Assembly (NCBI GenBank): GCA_045651985.1 | Contig: JAZRTK010000020.1 | Location: forward strand, 717-64,716 | DNA length: 64,000 bases | Direction: 5' to 3' | Source: Eubacteriales bacterium | GTDB lineage: Bacteria; Bacillota; Clostridia; Oscillospirales; CAG-272 | In this document: positions 29,749 to 39,790 of the stretch, piece by piece | How the letters are laid out: every line of letters begins with the position of its first letter | Position numbering within the stretch: the first letter of the stretch is position 1 | The notes under the pieces: model-generated | Databases searched by the model: none | Told to the model about the DNA's origin: nothing | What the model saw: only the letters and a program-made list of their open reading frames with translations | Program-made: the position numbers and the translations under genes

Positions 29749-29833
29749 CACTGTTTTTATCTTTTATATGTTGACAAAATTCGCCGAAAAGGATATAATG
29801 ATCTCATAGATGGCCTGCTTGGAGGACGTAAAA

Positions 29834-30190
29834 ATGAACGAGTTGCATGATTTTATTGAGCTTATTCTTCCGTATATGATCTCGGTGCTTGAGATCATTG
29901 GTATTATAATCGTTTTTTGGTCGGGAATATACGGATTCTGGCAGTACTTCCAGAATACCTTTATGAAAAAAAATCACGACCTGCAAACAAACCTTGCAAA
30001 CGGACTTGCCATGGGTCTGGAATTCAAAATGGCGGCAGAGATCTTGCGTACCGTGCTTATCCAGAATCTGCAGGAGCTTTATATGCTTGGCGCGGTGATT
30101 TTGCTGCGCGCACTGCTCAGCTTGCTTATCCATTACGAGATAAAGCACCCCAAAAAGTCCAAAAAGGACAATTCCGAGGACGAAGACTAA
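29834..30190 (+). CDS. DUF1622-like membrane protein
   Basis: LANGLAMGLEFKMAAEILRTV...LGAVILLRALLS. Confidence 0.85.
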   Translation: MNELHDFIELILPYMISVLEIIGIIIVFWSGIYGFWQYFQNTFMKKNHDLQTNLANGLAMGLEFKMAAEILRTVLIQNLQELYMLGAVILLRALLSLLIHYEIKHPKKSKKDNSEDED

Positions 30191-30243
30191 AAGAAGACGA
30201 GATCGTTCCGAACATATAAAAAAAGGACCTTTCGGTCCTTTTT

Positions 30244-30768
30244 TTATATGCCGTAGGTTCCCGTGACGGGATCCTCAAACAAGCCGATCTGTGGTGTGAC
30301 GAAGGTGAAAAGCACGAAAAGCAGGGCAATCAGGCAAAGGGCGGCGAGAGCCGATTTTCCCGACTTGCATTTAAGTCTCTCCGAATTGAAGAGCCGCGTT
30401 TCGTAAATATAGGCCACCGCCGCCGAAACGAAGAAAATGGTGATGTTCAGCCAGTCGGGGGATTTTGCCACCGCGCCGTTGTAGGTGTAGAACAGAATCG
30501 GGATAAGCGCAAGTCCGAGAAGCGTTCCGCGAAGCTTTACGCACCAAAAATCCTGACGGTCACGAAAGAAAAAGCTCTGCACCACGGCAAAAATGAACAG
30601 TGGCCAGAACAGCAGCTTCATGTGCTCCCATGTGGACTCGTTCACGCTTGAAAAAGGTGCCGCCAAAACGCTTTCACCTGTCCAGTCGTACAAAAAGTGA
30701 AGCAGAGTTCCTCCAAGGGACGTCGCGCCAAAGCCGACCCACTGCCACAACCCGATAGATCTTTTCAT
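30244..30768 (-). CDS. DUF6512-like membrane protein
   Basis: GTLLHFLYDW, VNESTWEHMKL, FEDPVTGTYG. Confidence 0.8.
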   Translation of the reverse strand: MKRSIGLWQWVGFGATSLGGTLLHFLYDWTGESVLAAPFSSVNESTWEHMKLLFWPLFIFAVVQSFFFRDRQDFWCVKLRGTLLGLALIPILFYTYNGAVAKSPDWLNITIFFVSAAVAYIYETRLFNSERLKCKSGKSALAALCLIALLFVLFTFVTPQIGLFEDPVTGTYGI

Positions 30769-30882
30769 ATGATACCTCTCAGATGTTTTTAAAAAGTATA
30801 TTCAAAAGGAGCGTTTTCTATTCGTTTTGACTTGAAAGTCGGGGAGACGTGTGGTAAAATAAAGAAAAAACGGAGGGCTGAC

Positions 30883-31410
30883 ATGAATACTCTTGAAGCA
30901 ATCGCAAAAAGAAGATCGACCAGAGCGTATACTCGGGAACAGATATCCGAGGAGGCGCTGAACGCCATTTTGAAAGCGGCTGATTCGTCGCCTATCGCCA
31001 TGGCAAAATATGAAACTCTGCATATTACGGTGGTGCAGGACGAGAAGATCATAAAGCGCATAAACGATATGACGACCGAGATGTTTTCACGCATGGCGGG
31101 CAAGAAAAGGGACACCGATTACGGGGCAAAGACAATGATTTTTGTGTCGGCTAACGGCGAAGGACTTCCTCCCGAAATGACGTTTGCAAACGTAGGTATA
31201 GTAGTTGAGAACATGGTGCTTGCGGCAACCGATATGGGGGTTGCAAGCGTGATTTTGGGCGGTGCGCCCAGGGTAATGGCAAACGACGCGAACCTGATGT
31301 GTGACCTCGGTATACCCGAAGGGTTTAAGCCTGTACTCGGTGCGGCGTTCGGCTACGCGGTCACCGAGGAAGCGCCTCGGGAGCACGGTTTTTCGGTTAA
31401 TAGAGTCTGA
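30883..31410 (+). CDS. Nitroreductase family protein
   Basis: AIAKRRSTRAY, ENMVLAATDMGVAS. Confidence 0.92.
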   Translation: MNTLEAIAKRRSTRAYTREQISEEALNAILKAADSSPIAMAKYETLHITVVQDEKIIKRINDMTTEMFSRMAGKKRDTDYGAKTMIFVSANGEGLPPEMTFANVGIVVENMVLAATDMGVASVILGGAPRVMANDANLMCDLGIPEGFKPVLGAAFGYAVTEEAPREHGFSVNRV

Positions 31411-31435
31411 TTTTCGTCGGATAGAAACAAGTTCT

Positions 31436-31522
31436 GAACTTTAATTCGCGCCAAAACTCGCGGAAATTTGGTGTTCACCGCGGCGCGAACTTGTGCACTC
31501 GCCTTGCGGCGGTGCGAAGTTC
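31436..31522 (+). repeat. Three-way-junction palindromic element, copy A
   Basis: GAACTT/AAGTTC closing stem; TTCGCGCC/GGCGCGAA; GCAC.CGCC/GGCG.GTGC. Confidence 0.6.
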
Positions 31523-31542
31523 TGAATCGGTGCAGTTCAATG

Positions 31543-31581
31543 AATAAAGAAAAGGGAGGATAAACCTCCCTTTTCTTTATT
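31543..31581. terminator. Bidirectional terminator at the tRNA-Pro 3' end
   Basis: AATAAAGAAAAGGGAGG / CCTCCCTTTTCTTTATT. Confidence 0.9.
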
Positions 31582-31657
31582 GGTCGAGATGACAAGATTC
31601 GAACTTGCGGCTTCCACGTCCCGAACGTGGCGCTCTACCAAACTGAGCCACATCTCG
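31581..31657 (-). tRNA. tRNA-Pro (CGG)
   Basis: 77 nt cloverleaf CGAGATG...CATCTCG-ACCA; anticodon loop TTCGGGA; GTTCGAA T-loop. Confidence 0.97.
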
Positions 31658-31662
31658 ATATT

Positions 31663-31680
31663 AAACTGAGCCACGTCTCG
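31663..31680 (-). repeat. 18-bp near-exact duplicate of the tRNA-Pro 5' end
   Basis: CGAGACGTGGCTCAGTTT vs CGAGATGTGGCTCAGTTT (17/18). Confidence 0.9.
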
Positions 31681-31783
31681 TTGGCATTTGGTATTTTATC
31701 ACACATTCAATTCTTTGTCAAGTGCTTTGGGGATTTTTCGGGGCACGGCGAATAAAGAGGGGCGCGGAGAGCGCCCCCTATTT

Positions 31784-32452
31784 TTATCCTTCTCTTATGG
31801 TGATCGTCTTAATCACGGGCTGCTTTGAGTACTCCACCAGCCCCGTTCTGTTGATGGGCTCTGCCGCCTCACAGATATCGTCCACTATCTCCATGCCTTC
31901 GGTCACGCGGCCGAATGCGGCGTACTGACCGTCAAGGCTGGTATAGTTTTTGTGCACGATAAAGAACTGCGACGTTGCGCTGTTGTAGGAATCCCCGCGG
32001 CGCGCCATGGAGATTGTACCGCGCAGGTGGGGTATCATATTATCTACGCCGTTATACATAAACTCGCCTTTGATAGGTCTGTCCGACCCGCCCGTTCCGT
32101 CAGCCTTGGGGTCGCCGCCCTGCATTACGAATCCCTCAACGATGCGGTGGAATGTCAGACCGTCGTAAAATCCGTTTGATGCGAGAGTTGCAAAATTCGA
32201 GACGGTAATGGGCGCTGATTTTTGGTCGAGCTGAACGGTTACAGTGCCGTAGCCCACAATTTCAATGTCCGCGAAATAGGTCACGTCGTCCTTTATCTCG
32301 TAAGGGGTCATGTCCGCCACGCTCATAGGCTCCTTTACGTTTGCCGTGTCGCGGGACAGAGGGTCGCCGCCGATAGGTCCTTCTTCTTTGCCGCACGCGG
32401 CAAAGGCAAAAACAAGCGCTGCAAAAAGCGCTAAAATCCTTATAAATTTCAT
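31784..32452 (-). CDS. Cyclophilin-type peptidyl-prolyl isomerase, lipoprotein
   Basis: Lipobox FAAC; FHRIVEGFVMQGGDP, SMAR, SQFFI, LDGQYAAFGRV. Confidence 0.95.
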   Translation of the reverse strand: MKFIRILALFAALVFAFAACGKEEGPIGGDPLSRDTANVKEPMSVADMTPYEIKDDVTYFADIEIVGYGTVTVQLDQKSAPITVSNFATLASNGFYDGLTFHRIVEGFVMQGGDPKADGTGGSDRPIKGEFMYNGVDNMIPHLRGTISMARRGDSYNSATSQFFIVHKNYTSLDGQYAAFGRVTEGMEIVDDICEAAEPINRTGLVEYSKQPVIKTITIREG

Positions 32453-32622
32453 GGTTTTACCTCCGAGGTCTCATTTACTATATGTTATCCCATTTGGACG
32501 CGAAAGTGGTGAACAAAGCGTGAATATTTGACCCGCAGCCGCAAATACGACAAATGATATTGACTTTTCTTGAAAACCGCCGTATAATTTAAAGAGAATC
32601 AAGCATACAAAGGACGAAAACG

Positions 32623-33483
32623 ATGAAAAACAAATCGAGAGTCATAATATACGGCGGTGCGGCGGCGCTTTTGACGGTGCTGTGCACTCTGCTCCGCACG
32701 GTGGGGCTTTTTAAATATTACGACAGGGAAGCAGGGTACTTTCAGAGCGGCGAGCTTGTGCCCGAGGCATTGAAGTGGCTCTGCATAATTGCGCCCGTTC
32801 TCTTTGCTTTCGCGGGACCTTTTGCCTCAAAGGTGAAGGTCGGGCCCGCGTTCACGGGGTCTGCCTCTAAAATTGGCTCGGCTGTGGCGGCGGTTATGGT
32901 TTTTGCACACGCGGTGTACCTTGTGTTCTATTGCTTATCTTACGTTGAGGGAAGTTTGCTCATTCCCGGACTTTTCCTTGCGTTTGCGGTGCTGTCCGCC
33001 CTCTATTTTGCTTCGGGAGTAACGAAAAAGGCCGACAAGGAAAACCGCGCGCTCCTCGGTTTTGCCGTTATTTTCTACGCCACGGCGGGACTTGCAAAAT
33101 CCTACTTTGATTTCAAGACGACCATGAACAGCCCCGACAAGCTGCTTTTGCAGGTGGCTTACATGGCTGTGATGCTTTACATGCTTGCCGAGACGGGCTT
33201 GCTTATCGGCGCCAAAAAGAGCGGAAGATTTACCGTATTTTCATTTCTTGCTTTCTTTTTCTGCACCGTTTCCTCCGTTCCCGCGCTGACAGCGTACCTG
33301 TCCCGCGGCTTTTACGGATTTATTGCCGCGCCCGAATATGCTATGAGTCAGACGGGTGTGCTTGCTCTTGCGGTCTTTTCTGTTTGCAGATTTATAGACT
33401 GTCTGCACGGCGCCGACGACTATACGCAGGAGGAGCTTGATGCCATGAAGGAAGAAAAAAGGGCTGAAAACGAAAAAAAATAA
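32623..33483 (+). CDS. Hypothetical multi-pass membrane protein
   Basis: About 8 hydrophobic segments, AAGGA RBS, upstream SigA-like promoter. Confidence 0.8.
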   Translation: MKNKSRVIIYGGAAALLTVLCTLLRTVGLFKYYDREAGYFQSGELVPEALKWLCIIAPVLFAFAGPFASKVKVGPAFTGSASKIGSAVAAVMVFAHAVYLVFYCLSYVEGSLLIPGLFLAFAVLSALYFASGVTKKADKENRALLGFAVIFYATAGLAKSYFDFKTTMNSPDKLLLQVAYMAVMLYMLAETGLLIGAKKSGRFTVFSFLAFFFCTVSSVPALTAYLSRGFYGFIAAPEYAMSQTGVLALAVFSVCRFIDCLHGADDYTQEELDAMKEEKRAENEKK

Positions 33484-33502
33484 AATATTTTTCAAAAAAC
33501 GC

Positions 33503-33531
33503 TTGACAGAGGGGGATTTACGTGGTATAAT
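33503..33531 (+). promoter_or_regulatory. SigA promoter of rplJL
   Basis: TTGACA-N17-TATAAT. Confidence 0.85.
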
Positions 33532-33539
33532 CCCCCTGT

Positions 33540-33720
33540 TACCTAAGACAGCAGGTTCCCGTAAAGGCAGTTTTTAAAACGCTGCTCTCCTGCCGAGGAA
33601 GCGATTTATAACAAGGGCGATATGGCAATAGCTGTGCGCTTTTATATTGTGGTTATTTATCTTTTCTCGAGTGAGGGCAATGCCTTTGGGGGAAAAGATT
33701 TTTTTATTTATTTTCACAAT
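33540..33720 (+). promoter_or_regulatory. Ribosomal protein L10 leader RNA
   Basis: CCTAAGACAGCAGG...CCTGCCGAGG kink-turn signature upstream of rplJ. Confidence 0.85.
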
Positions 33721-33735
33721 GGGAGGTGAAACTAA

Positions 33736-34245
33736 ATGCCCAGTAATGCAATACTCGAACAAAAGAAACAGACCGTTGCAGACCTTGCAGAGATGCTTCG
33801 CAACTCTCCCGCAGGCGTTCTGGTAAACTACAGCGGTATCACGGTTGAAGACGACACAAAGCTTCGCGCAGAGCTGAGAAAGGCAGGCGTTAAGTACACT
33901 GTTATGAAGAACACTCTCACAGGCAGAGCTTGTGATGAGGTAGGCTTTGGCGATATGAAGCAGTACCTTACAGGTATGACAGCTATCGCAATTGCCGGAG
34001 ACGATGCCATCGCTCCCGCAAAGGTCCTCAAGAAGTATGCTGAGAAGATCGAATCCTTCAATATTCTCGCAGGTTATCTTGACGGCGCAGTTGTTGACGT
34101 TAAGACTGTAAACGAGCTGGCTGATATTCCTCCGAAGGAAGTGCTTATCGGCAAGCTGCTCGGAAGTATCCAGTCCTCTCTGTACGGACTTGCTTATGTC
34201 CTTCAGGGAAAGATCGACAAGGAGGGCGGCGTAGCAGAGGCTTGA
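33736..34245 (+). CDS. rplJ: 50S ribosomal protein L10
   Basis: YSGITV..LRAELR..VMKNTL. Confidence 0.97.
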   Translation: MPSNAILEQKKQTVADLAEMLRNSPAGVLVNYSGITVEDDTKLRAELRKAGVKYTVMKNTLTGRACDEVGFGDMKQYLTGMTAIAIAGDDAIAPAKVLKKYAEKIESFNILAGYLDGAVVDVKTVNELADIPPKEVLIGKLLGSIQSSLYGLAYVLQGKIDKEGGVAEA

Positions 34246-34311
34246 TCCTCGTACCCGTCAAAAAACAAACAAAAAAACAATATCTTATTTATTTTACGGA
34301 GGTAATTTAAA

Positions 34312-34692
34312 ATGGCTAACGAAAAGACCACCAAGATTTTGGATGAAATTAAAGAACTTACAATTCTCGAGCTTGCTGACCTTGTAAAGGCTCTCGAGGA
34401 AGAATTCGGCGTATCCGCTGCTCCCGTTGCAGTTGCTGCTGCTCCCGGTGCCGCTGCTGCAGGCGCTGCTGCTGAAGAAAAGACTGAGTTCGACGTTGTA
34501 ATGACAAGCTTCGGTGCAAAGAAGCTCGATGTTATCAAGGTCGTACGTGAGGTTACAGGTCTCGGCTTGAAGGAAGCTAAGGAAAAGGTTGAGGGTGTTC
34601 CCAGCACAATTAAGGAAGGCGCTTCCAAGGAAGACGCTGAGGCTCTCAAGAAGCAGCTCGAAGAGGCTGGCGCAACTGTTGAGCTTAAGTAA
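34312..34692 (+). CDS. rplL: 50S ribosomal protein L7/L12
   Basis: [27 protein letters not shown]. Confidence 0.99.
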   Translation: MANEKTTKILDEIKELTILELADLVKALEEEFGVSAAPVAVAAAPGAAAAGAAAEEKTEFDVVMTSFGAKKLDVIKVVREVTGLGLKEAKEKVEGVPSTIKEGASKEDAEALKKQLEEAGATVELK

Positions 34693-34743
34693 TAGGCTAA
34701 CTCAAGTAAAATTTTTGGTACGTAACAAAATCTGCTGTACATT

Positions 34744-34776
34744 AAAGGCTGTCGCATGAAGCGGCAGCCTTTTTTG
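34744..34776. terminator. Terminator after rplL
   Basis: AAAGGCTGTCGC..GCGGCAGCCTTTTTT. Confidence 0.85.
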
Positions 34777-34779
34777 TGC

Positions 34780-35364
34780 TTATTTCAATATTCTTTCGAT
34801 ACGAAGCATCTTGCGATATTTCACAAAATACGCGCGAATGAGCATGGAAAGGGCGATGTCGAAAACGATGAACGTGACGTTTCCGATAGCGTAAAGGGCA
34901 ATTATGTAGCCCTTTGTCAAGCCGGGCAGGGTGAAGATAAACTTTGCCGCGGCGATTATGACCGTCATTGACAAGTTGAAAAAACCTGTTTTGAAAAGAA
35001 GCCGCATTCCGTTTGATCGCAGACCTTCAATTTTTGCCTTTATCATAGGGTAATAGCCCGCCATGCAGGCGTAAATGAGTGCTCCAAACTTGTTGGGAAG
35101 CAATAAAAGCGACAGGATCGAGGTGACCGCGTAGGTAAGCCATGGGTAAGCGCCGCCGATCTCGGAAATTATTATCACGCAGAGCATGGACGCGACAGCC
35201 GCCGCCGAAAGATCGAGCACTTCTATGAGCGCGCCCATGTAGAGCAGCACTACACCGAGGGCGGAGAATACCGCGCAAAGTGCAATTTTTTTGGATTTTT
35301 TGATCTCTTTCTTTTTTGGAAGCTCTATCTTTATCTCGGGTCTATGGTTATCAGCAGCAGCCAA
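34780..35364 (-). CDS. Membrane protein (start uncertain: TTG 35364 with GGAGG RBS, or ATG 35388)
   Basis: Six-TM-like pattern, GYYPMIK motif; overlaps the end of the J-protein gene. Confidence 0.75.
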   Translation of the reverse strand: MAAADNHRPEIKIELPKKKEIKKSKKIALCAVFSALGVVLLYMGALIEVLDLSAAAVASMLCVIIISEIGGAYPWLTYAVTSILSLLLLPNKFGALIYACMAGYYPMIKAKIEGLRSNGMRLLFKTGFFNLSMTVIIAAAKFIFTLPGLTKGYIIALYAIGNVTFIVFDIALSMLIRAYFVKYRKMLRIERILK

Positions 35365-35962
35365 TGAGATCCCCTCCCATACATTCACAGCAGCAGTCGG
35401 CGCAGATCAGAGTATTACAGATGTCGCAGGTGTTGCAGGTGGTCATACCGCCGCCGTAGGGCGCGTAGCCTCCGCGGTTCGCTCCGTACATTCTTACCTG
35501 CTCACGCATATTTCTGTATTCGGCGTTGTTTGGGTCCATGGAGCAGGCGGTGTCAAAGTAGCTTTGTGCGTCGAAAATGTTGCCTCGCCGCACGCAAACA
35601 CAGCCCATAAGGAACTGCCATTCCGCACCGCGCTCGGCCGCGGAGATCGACTGAAGCATGGAGTACGCCGCTTCGGTGTTCCCCATGTTAATATGATTTC
35701 TGATAGCAGTATATACGTCGTTTGAGCCTGTGGTGTTAAATCCGCCGTAGCCGCCCGAGCTCCTTCCGCCCCCTGCACGCATCTTCTGGATCTCGTCGTA
35801 TGCCGCGTTCACCTCAGCCATTTTTTCACTGGCAAGGTCGGCAAGATCGCTGTCTTTGTATTTGTCGGGGTGGTATTTCTTTGCCAGATTTCGGTAGGCT
35901 TTTTTTATTTCATCGTCTGATGCCGCGGGGGACACCCCAAGCACCTTGTACGGGTCTGTCAT
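35351..35962 (-). CDS. J-domain protein with TPR-like middle and Cys-rich C-terminus
   Basis: DPYKVLGV..KYHPD; AEWQFLMG; CDICNTLICADCCCECMGGDLIGCC. Confidence 0.9.
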   Translation of the reverse strand: MTDPYKVLGVSPAASDDEIKKAYRNLAKKYHPDKYKDSDLADLASEKMAEVNAAYDEIQKMRAGGGRSSGGYGGFNTTGSNDVYTAIRNHINMGNTEAAYSMLQSISAAERGAEWQFLMGCVCVRRGNIFDAQSYFDTACSMDPNNAEYRNMREQVRMYGANRGGYAPYGGGMTTCNTCDICNTLICADCCCECMGGDLIGCC

Positions 35963-36855
35963 TTGTCGCTTCCTTTCAGTTCTGTCTCGCAGGACGTGCA
36001 GTCCTCGCCGTAGATTATCTTACGTGCCTTTGCAGGCATTCCGAGCAGGAGTATGTTTTTGAGAAGACCTTCAAGATCGCTCCGACCGTCAAATGAAATG
36101 AGGTCGAGAGAGTTCACGGCATCACTAAGCGTTGCGGTGAGTGCCGATTCGATGTCCTTTTTTATCTCGGGGTCAAATTCACGATCTCCGTAAAGACACA
36201 AAAACGGGTTATAACGCCCTTTTTCTTTGTCCTTTTCATAGTCGTCGATCGCATCGGTAATGTATATCCACCGCCCGATACACCTGCCGAATGTCTCTGA
36301 TTTCTTTTTTTGAGCACCGTCAAGACCGAACGCGAATATTTCTGATAAAATGTCGCCGAAAATGTTTGCGGGCAGGTCTACGGAGGGCGTTTTTACGCGT
36401 TCCAGATCGGACAGCTCAGAGAGCTTTTTTTCAATGAAAGTATCGAGCTCAGGCAGGGCTTTCTTGGCTTTTTTGTACCCGCCGTCAAAGACAGACCTTG
36501 CTATTTTCGCCTTTTGCCGTTTTGCGCCCTTTTCGTCGGAAATGTCGTCAAGTATCTTTCTGTATGCAAGTATTGTACCCGCGTAAGCGGAAAATTCAAG
36601 AGATCGGCAATCCTTTAAGGTCAGCCTTTTTTTGCACGGGTGGATAATGCAACGCTTTTTCTCAAACTCGGGCTTTTCTCCCGTTACTGCCAGACGGAAA
36701 AGCACGAGCAGGGTGAAATCGTAGCTCAAGCCGAGACGGGAAAGCTGACCGCAGGATCTTCCCAGAGCATGGCAAAGCCCGCAGTATGACGCGCGGTAGT
36801 ACTGCTGTTCGATCATCCTCAGCTGAGGCTCGTATGGTCTTACGTATCCAAGCAT
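35959..36855 (-). CDS. DUF5685-like protein
   Basis: MLGYVRP..YCGLCH..LSYDF..GRWIYITDAIDD..YNPF. Confidence 0.85.
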   Translation of the reverse strand: MLGYVRPYEPQLRMIEQQYYRASYCGLCHALGRSCGQLSRLGLSYDFTLLVLFRLAVTGEKPEFEKKRCIIHPCKKRLTLKDCRSLEFSAYAGTILAYRKILDDISDEKGAKRQKAKIARSVFDGGYKKAKKALPELDTFIEKKLSELSDLERVKTPSVDLPANIFGDILSEIFAFGLDGAQKKKSETFGRCIGRWIYITDAIDDYEKDKEKGRYNPFLCLYGDREFDPEIKKDIESALTATLSDAVNSLDLISFDGRSDLEGLLKNILLLGMPAKARKIIYGEDCTSCETELKGSDK

Positions 36856-36993
36856 GAAATCACCTCACCACTATATTTTACAGCATTTTCTTCAAGCATA
36901 TATCAACTTTTTGTAAATTTTGGGCGGTTTTCTTTCACAGGGGACTTGACAGGGACGGGGCAGAGTGATATAATTTAGGCAAGGTGAACTTCA

Positions 36994-37084
36994 CCTCAGG
37001 GGTGCCAACTCGCACGCGCGACGGCTGAGACGGACGAAAGCCCGAACCCTTTAACCTGATACGGATAATACCGGCGAAGGGAGT
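36994..37084 (+). promoter_or_regulatory. TPP riboswitch
   Basis: AGGGGTGC..GCTGAGA..ACCCTTTAACCTGAT.CGGATAATACCGGCGAAGGGA; upstream of thiT. Confidence 0.95.
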
Positions 37085-37177
37085 CATATAAGGGCGAATG
37101 CTAGCTATGCCTTTTTGGTGGTCTCACGGTATTTCCGTGAGAATTTTTTTTGCAATTTTTGCGGAAAGGTATAGCTT

Positions 37178-37843
37178 ATGAACTCAACATTTAACACGCG
37201 GAGGTTGGTTTTGACCTCCATGCTTTTGGCACTGGCGGCGTCTCTTGCTTTTGCCTGTGCTTATATCCCGTTTTTAAATCTTCCCTTTGGCGGCGGATTT
37301 ACCGTTGCAAGTATGCTTCCCGTTGTGCTCGTTTCTTATATGTACGGCACTCGGTGGGGACTTGCAAGTGCTGCTGTTTATTCCTTTATCCAGCTTGCTT
37401 TCGGTGCGTTTACGGGAGGCGGATACGTAATTTCGCTCTTTACCGTGGGAAGCGACGACTTTATGGGTTACGGCGCGGCGATCTGGATATGTCTTATTGA
37501 TTATCTTCTGGCGTATACACTGCTGGGCTTTGGCGGAGTCTTCAGAAACAAGCTGAAAAAAGCGCCCGCGCTGGTGGCAGGTACGGTCCTTGCGCTGGGA
37601 TTGCGCTATCTGGCGCATATCGTGTCGGGATATATCTTTTTTGGCGAGTGGGCTGACTGGTTCTTCTCTCAGGAGGGCTTTTACGCAATAGGTGAAAAGA
37701 TACTTTCGACCTTCTCGGGCGAGGTGCTGGGCATCGTCTATTCGGTGTTCTATAACGGACTTTACATGATTCCCGAAATAGTCATTTCTGCCGTTGCCGC
37801 CGCGTTGGTTTCGGCGGTCCCCGTGATAAAAAAGTATGACTGA
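37178..37843 (+). CDS. thiT: ECF thiamine transporter S component
   Basis: PFGGGFTVASMLP, IDYLLAY, HIVSG.IFF, YSVFYNG; TPP riboswitch upstream. Confidence 0.92.
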   Translation: MNSTFNTRRLVLTSMLLALAASLAFACAYIPFLNLPFGGGFTVASMLPVVLVSYMYGTRWGLASAAVYSFIQLAFGAFTGGGYVISLFTVGSDDFMGYGAAIWICLIDYLLAYTLLGFGGVFRNKLKKAPALVAGTVLALGLRYLAHIVSGYIFFGEWADWFFSQEGFYAIGEKILSTFSGEVLGIVYSVFYNGLYMIPEIVISAVAAALVSAVPVIKKYD

Positions 37844-38041
37844 ATTAACAGACCCACCCGAAAGGGTGGGTCATTTTTCTTTGCCCTGCAAAGAATTCCG
37901 TGATTTTGTATCAAAAGTTTGCTGTTATGCCCCTGCGTTTTTTCAAATTTTTCTTATTGACCGAGAGGGAAAAAGGTGGTAAAATAGTATAATGGTAATT
38001 ATGCCCTCAGACGGGCGCATTAAATGAAAGGAAATTTAAGC

Positions 38042-39790
38042 ATGATAAAAAGACTTACTGCCAGCGTGCGCGAATACAAGACCGCGGCACTGCTGACACC
38101 CCTGTTTATCTTAGGCGAGGTAGGCATTGAGTGCTGTATCCCGTTCCTTACTGCGGGACTTATCGACCGCATTGAGGGCGGTTGCGACATGAATACCATA
38201 CTACGCTATGGCGGACAACTGCTCGTTTTGGCTTTTCTGTCTCTTATCTGCGGATTTTTGGCGGGAAATTTCGCCGCGAAGGCGTCTTGCGGCTTTGCAA
38301 AAAATCTCCGCGGCGACGTTTTCAGAAGTATTCAGCGCTTCTCCTTTGCCAACATTGACCGCTTTTCCATTTCCAGCCTCGTTACCCGACTGACAACCGA
38401 CATCTCAAACGTCCAAATGGCGTTTATGGTCATTATCAGGACCGCTATCCGCTGTCCTATGATGCTGGTCTTCTCCTTCGTTATGTCTATACGTCTCGGC
38501 GGCAAGCTGGCGTTGGTGTACGCGCTGATAGTTCCCGTTCTGGGATTCGGACTTTTCAAGATAATCTTCACCGTAATGCCTATATTCAAGCGCATTTTCA
38601 AAAAATACGACCGAATAAACGAGTCGGTGCAAGAAAACGTCAAGGGTATGCGAGTGGTAAAATCATTTGTCCGCGAGGACTTTGAGCGCGACAAGTTTGC
38701 CACAGCCTCCGAGGACGTTGCAAACGATTTTACACGGGTTGACAAGATACTTGCTTTAAACGCGCCCCTGATGCAGTTCTGCATATATTCCTGCATGATC
38801 GCCCTGTCCTATCTGACCTCAAAGCTGGTCATTTCCACGGGCGGTGTCAAGTACGGTCTGGGCACGCTTACGGGTATGAACACATATTCCATGCAGCTGC
38901 TTATGAGCATGATGATGATCTCCATGGTCTTCGTCATGATAACTCTTTCTATCGAGTCTGCCCGCAGGATAGTTGAGGTGCTTGACGAAAAAAGCACGAT
39001 AGAAAGCCCCGAAAACCCCGTCATGCAGGTTAAAAACGGCGAGGTCGTATTTGACGGCGTGTCCTTCAAGTATTCCGCCGAGGGCGAAAAGTTTGCCTTG
39101 GAGGATATCAACTTCAGAATAGAGAGCGGCCAGACCGTGGGTATTATCGGCGGTACGGGAAGCTCGAAAACCACACTTGTAAACCTTATCTCCCGTCTCT
39201 ACGACGTTTCCGAGGGAAAGGTCACGGTCGGCGGCGTTGACGTGCGCGACTACGACCTTGACACCCTGCGGAATCAGGTGGCTGTGGTGCTTCAGAAGAA
39301 CGTGCTGTTCTCGGGCACCATAAAGGAAAATCTCCGTTGGGGCGATCCCGAGGCTTCCGACGAGGAGCTTGTGAGGATCTGCAAGCTTGCACAGGCAGAC
39401 GAGTTTATTCAGACCTTCCCCGACGGCTACGACACCTATATTGAGCAGGGCGGTGCCAACGTCTCGGGCGGTCAGAAGCAGAGGCTTTGTATTGCACGCG
39501 CGCTTCTGAAAAAGCCGAAGGTCCTGATTCTGGACGACTCCACCTCGGCGGTGGACACCAAGACCGATGCGCTTATCCGCCGCGCGTTCCGCTCCGAGAT
39601 TCCCGGAACGACCAAGTTCATTATTGCACAGCGGATCTCCTCCGTTGAGGACGCCGACGTTATAATCGTCCTTGACGGTGGTAAGATAAACGGTATAGGA
39701 AACCATGAAACTCTCCTTGAGACCAACGAGATCTACCGCGAGGTATATACGTCACAGATGAGAGCGGGAAAGGAGGGCGAAGATGAGTAA
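38042..39790 (+). CDS. ABC exporter TMD-NBD, degenerate-site subunit
   Basis: GGTGSSKT, VSGGQKQR, ILDDSTSAVD, IAQR. Confidence 0.95.
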   Translation: MIKRLTASVREYKTAALLTPLFILGEVGIECCIPFLTAGLIDRIEGGCDMNTILRYGGQLLVLAFLSLICGFLAGNFAAKASCGFAKNLRGDVFRSIQRFSFANIDRFSISSLVTRLTTDISNVQMAFMVIIRTAIRCPMMLVFSFVMSIRLGGKLALVYALIVPVLGFGLFKIIFTVMPIFKRIFKKYDRINESVQENVKGMRVVKSFVREDFERDKFATASEDVANDFTRVDKILALNAPLMQFCIYSCMIALSYLTSKLVISTGGVKYGLGTLTGMNTYSMQLLMSMMMISMVFVMITLSIESARRIVEVLDEKSTIESPENPVMQVKNGEVVFDGVSFKYSAEGEKFALEDINFRIESGQTVGIIGGTGSSKTTLVNLISRLYDVSEGKVTVGGVDVRDYDLDTLRNQVAVVLQKNVLFSGTIKENLRWGDPEASDEELVRICKLAQADEFIQTFPDGYDTYIEQGGANVSGGQKQRLCIARALLKKPKVLILDDSTSAVDTKTDALIRRAFRSEIPGTTKFIIAQRISSVEDADVIIVLDGGKINGIGNHETLLETNEIYREVYTSQMRAGKEGEDE

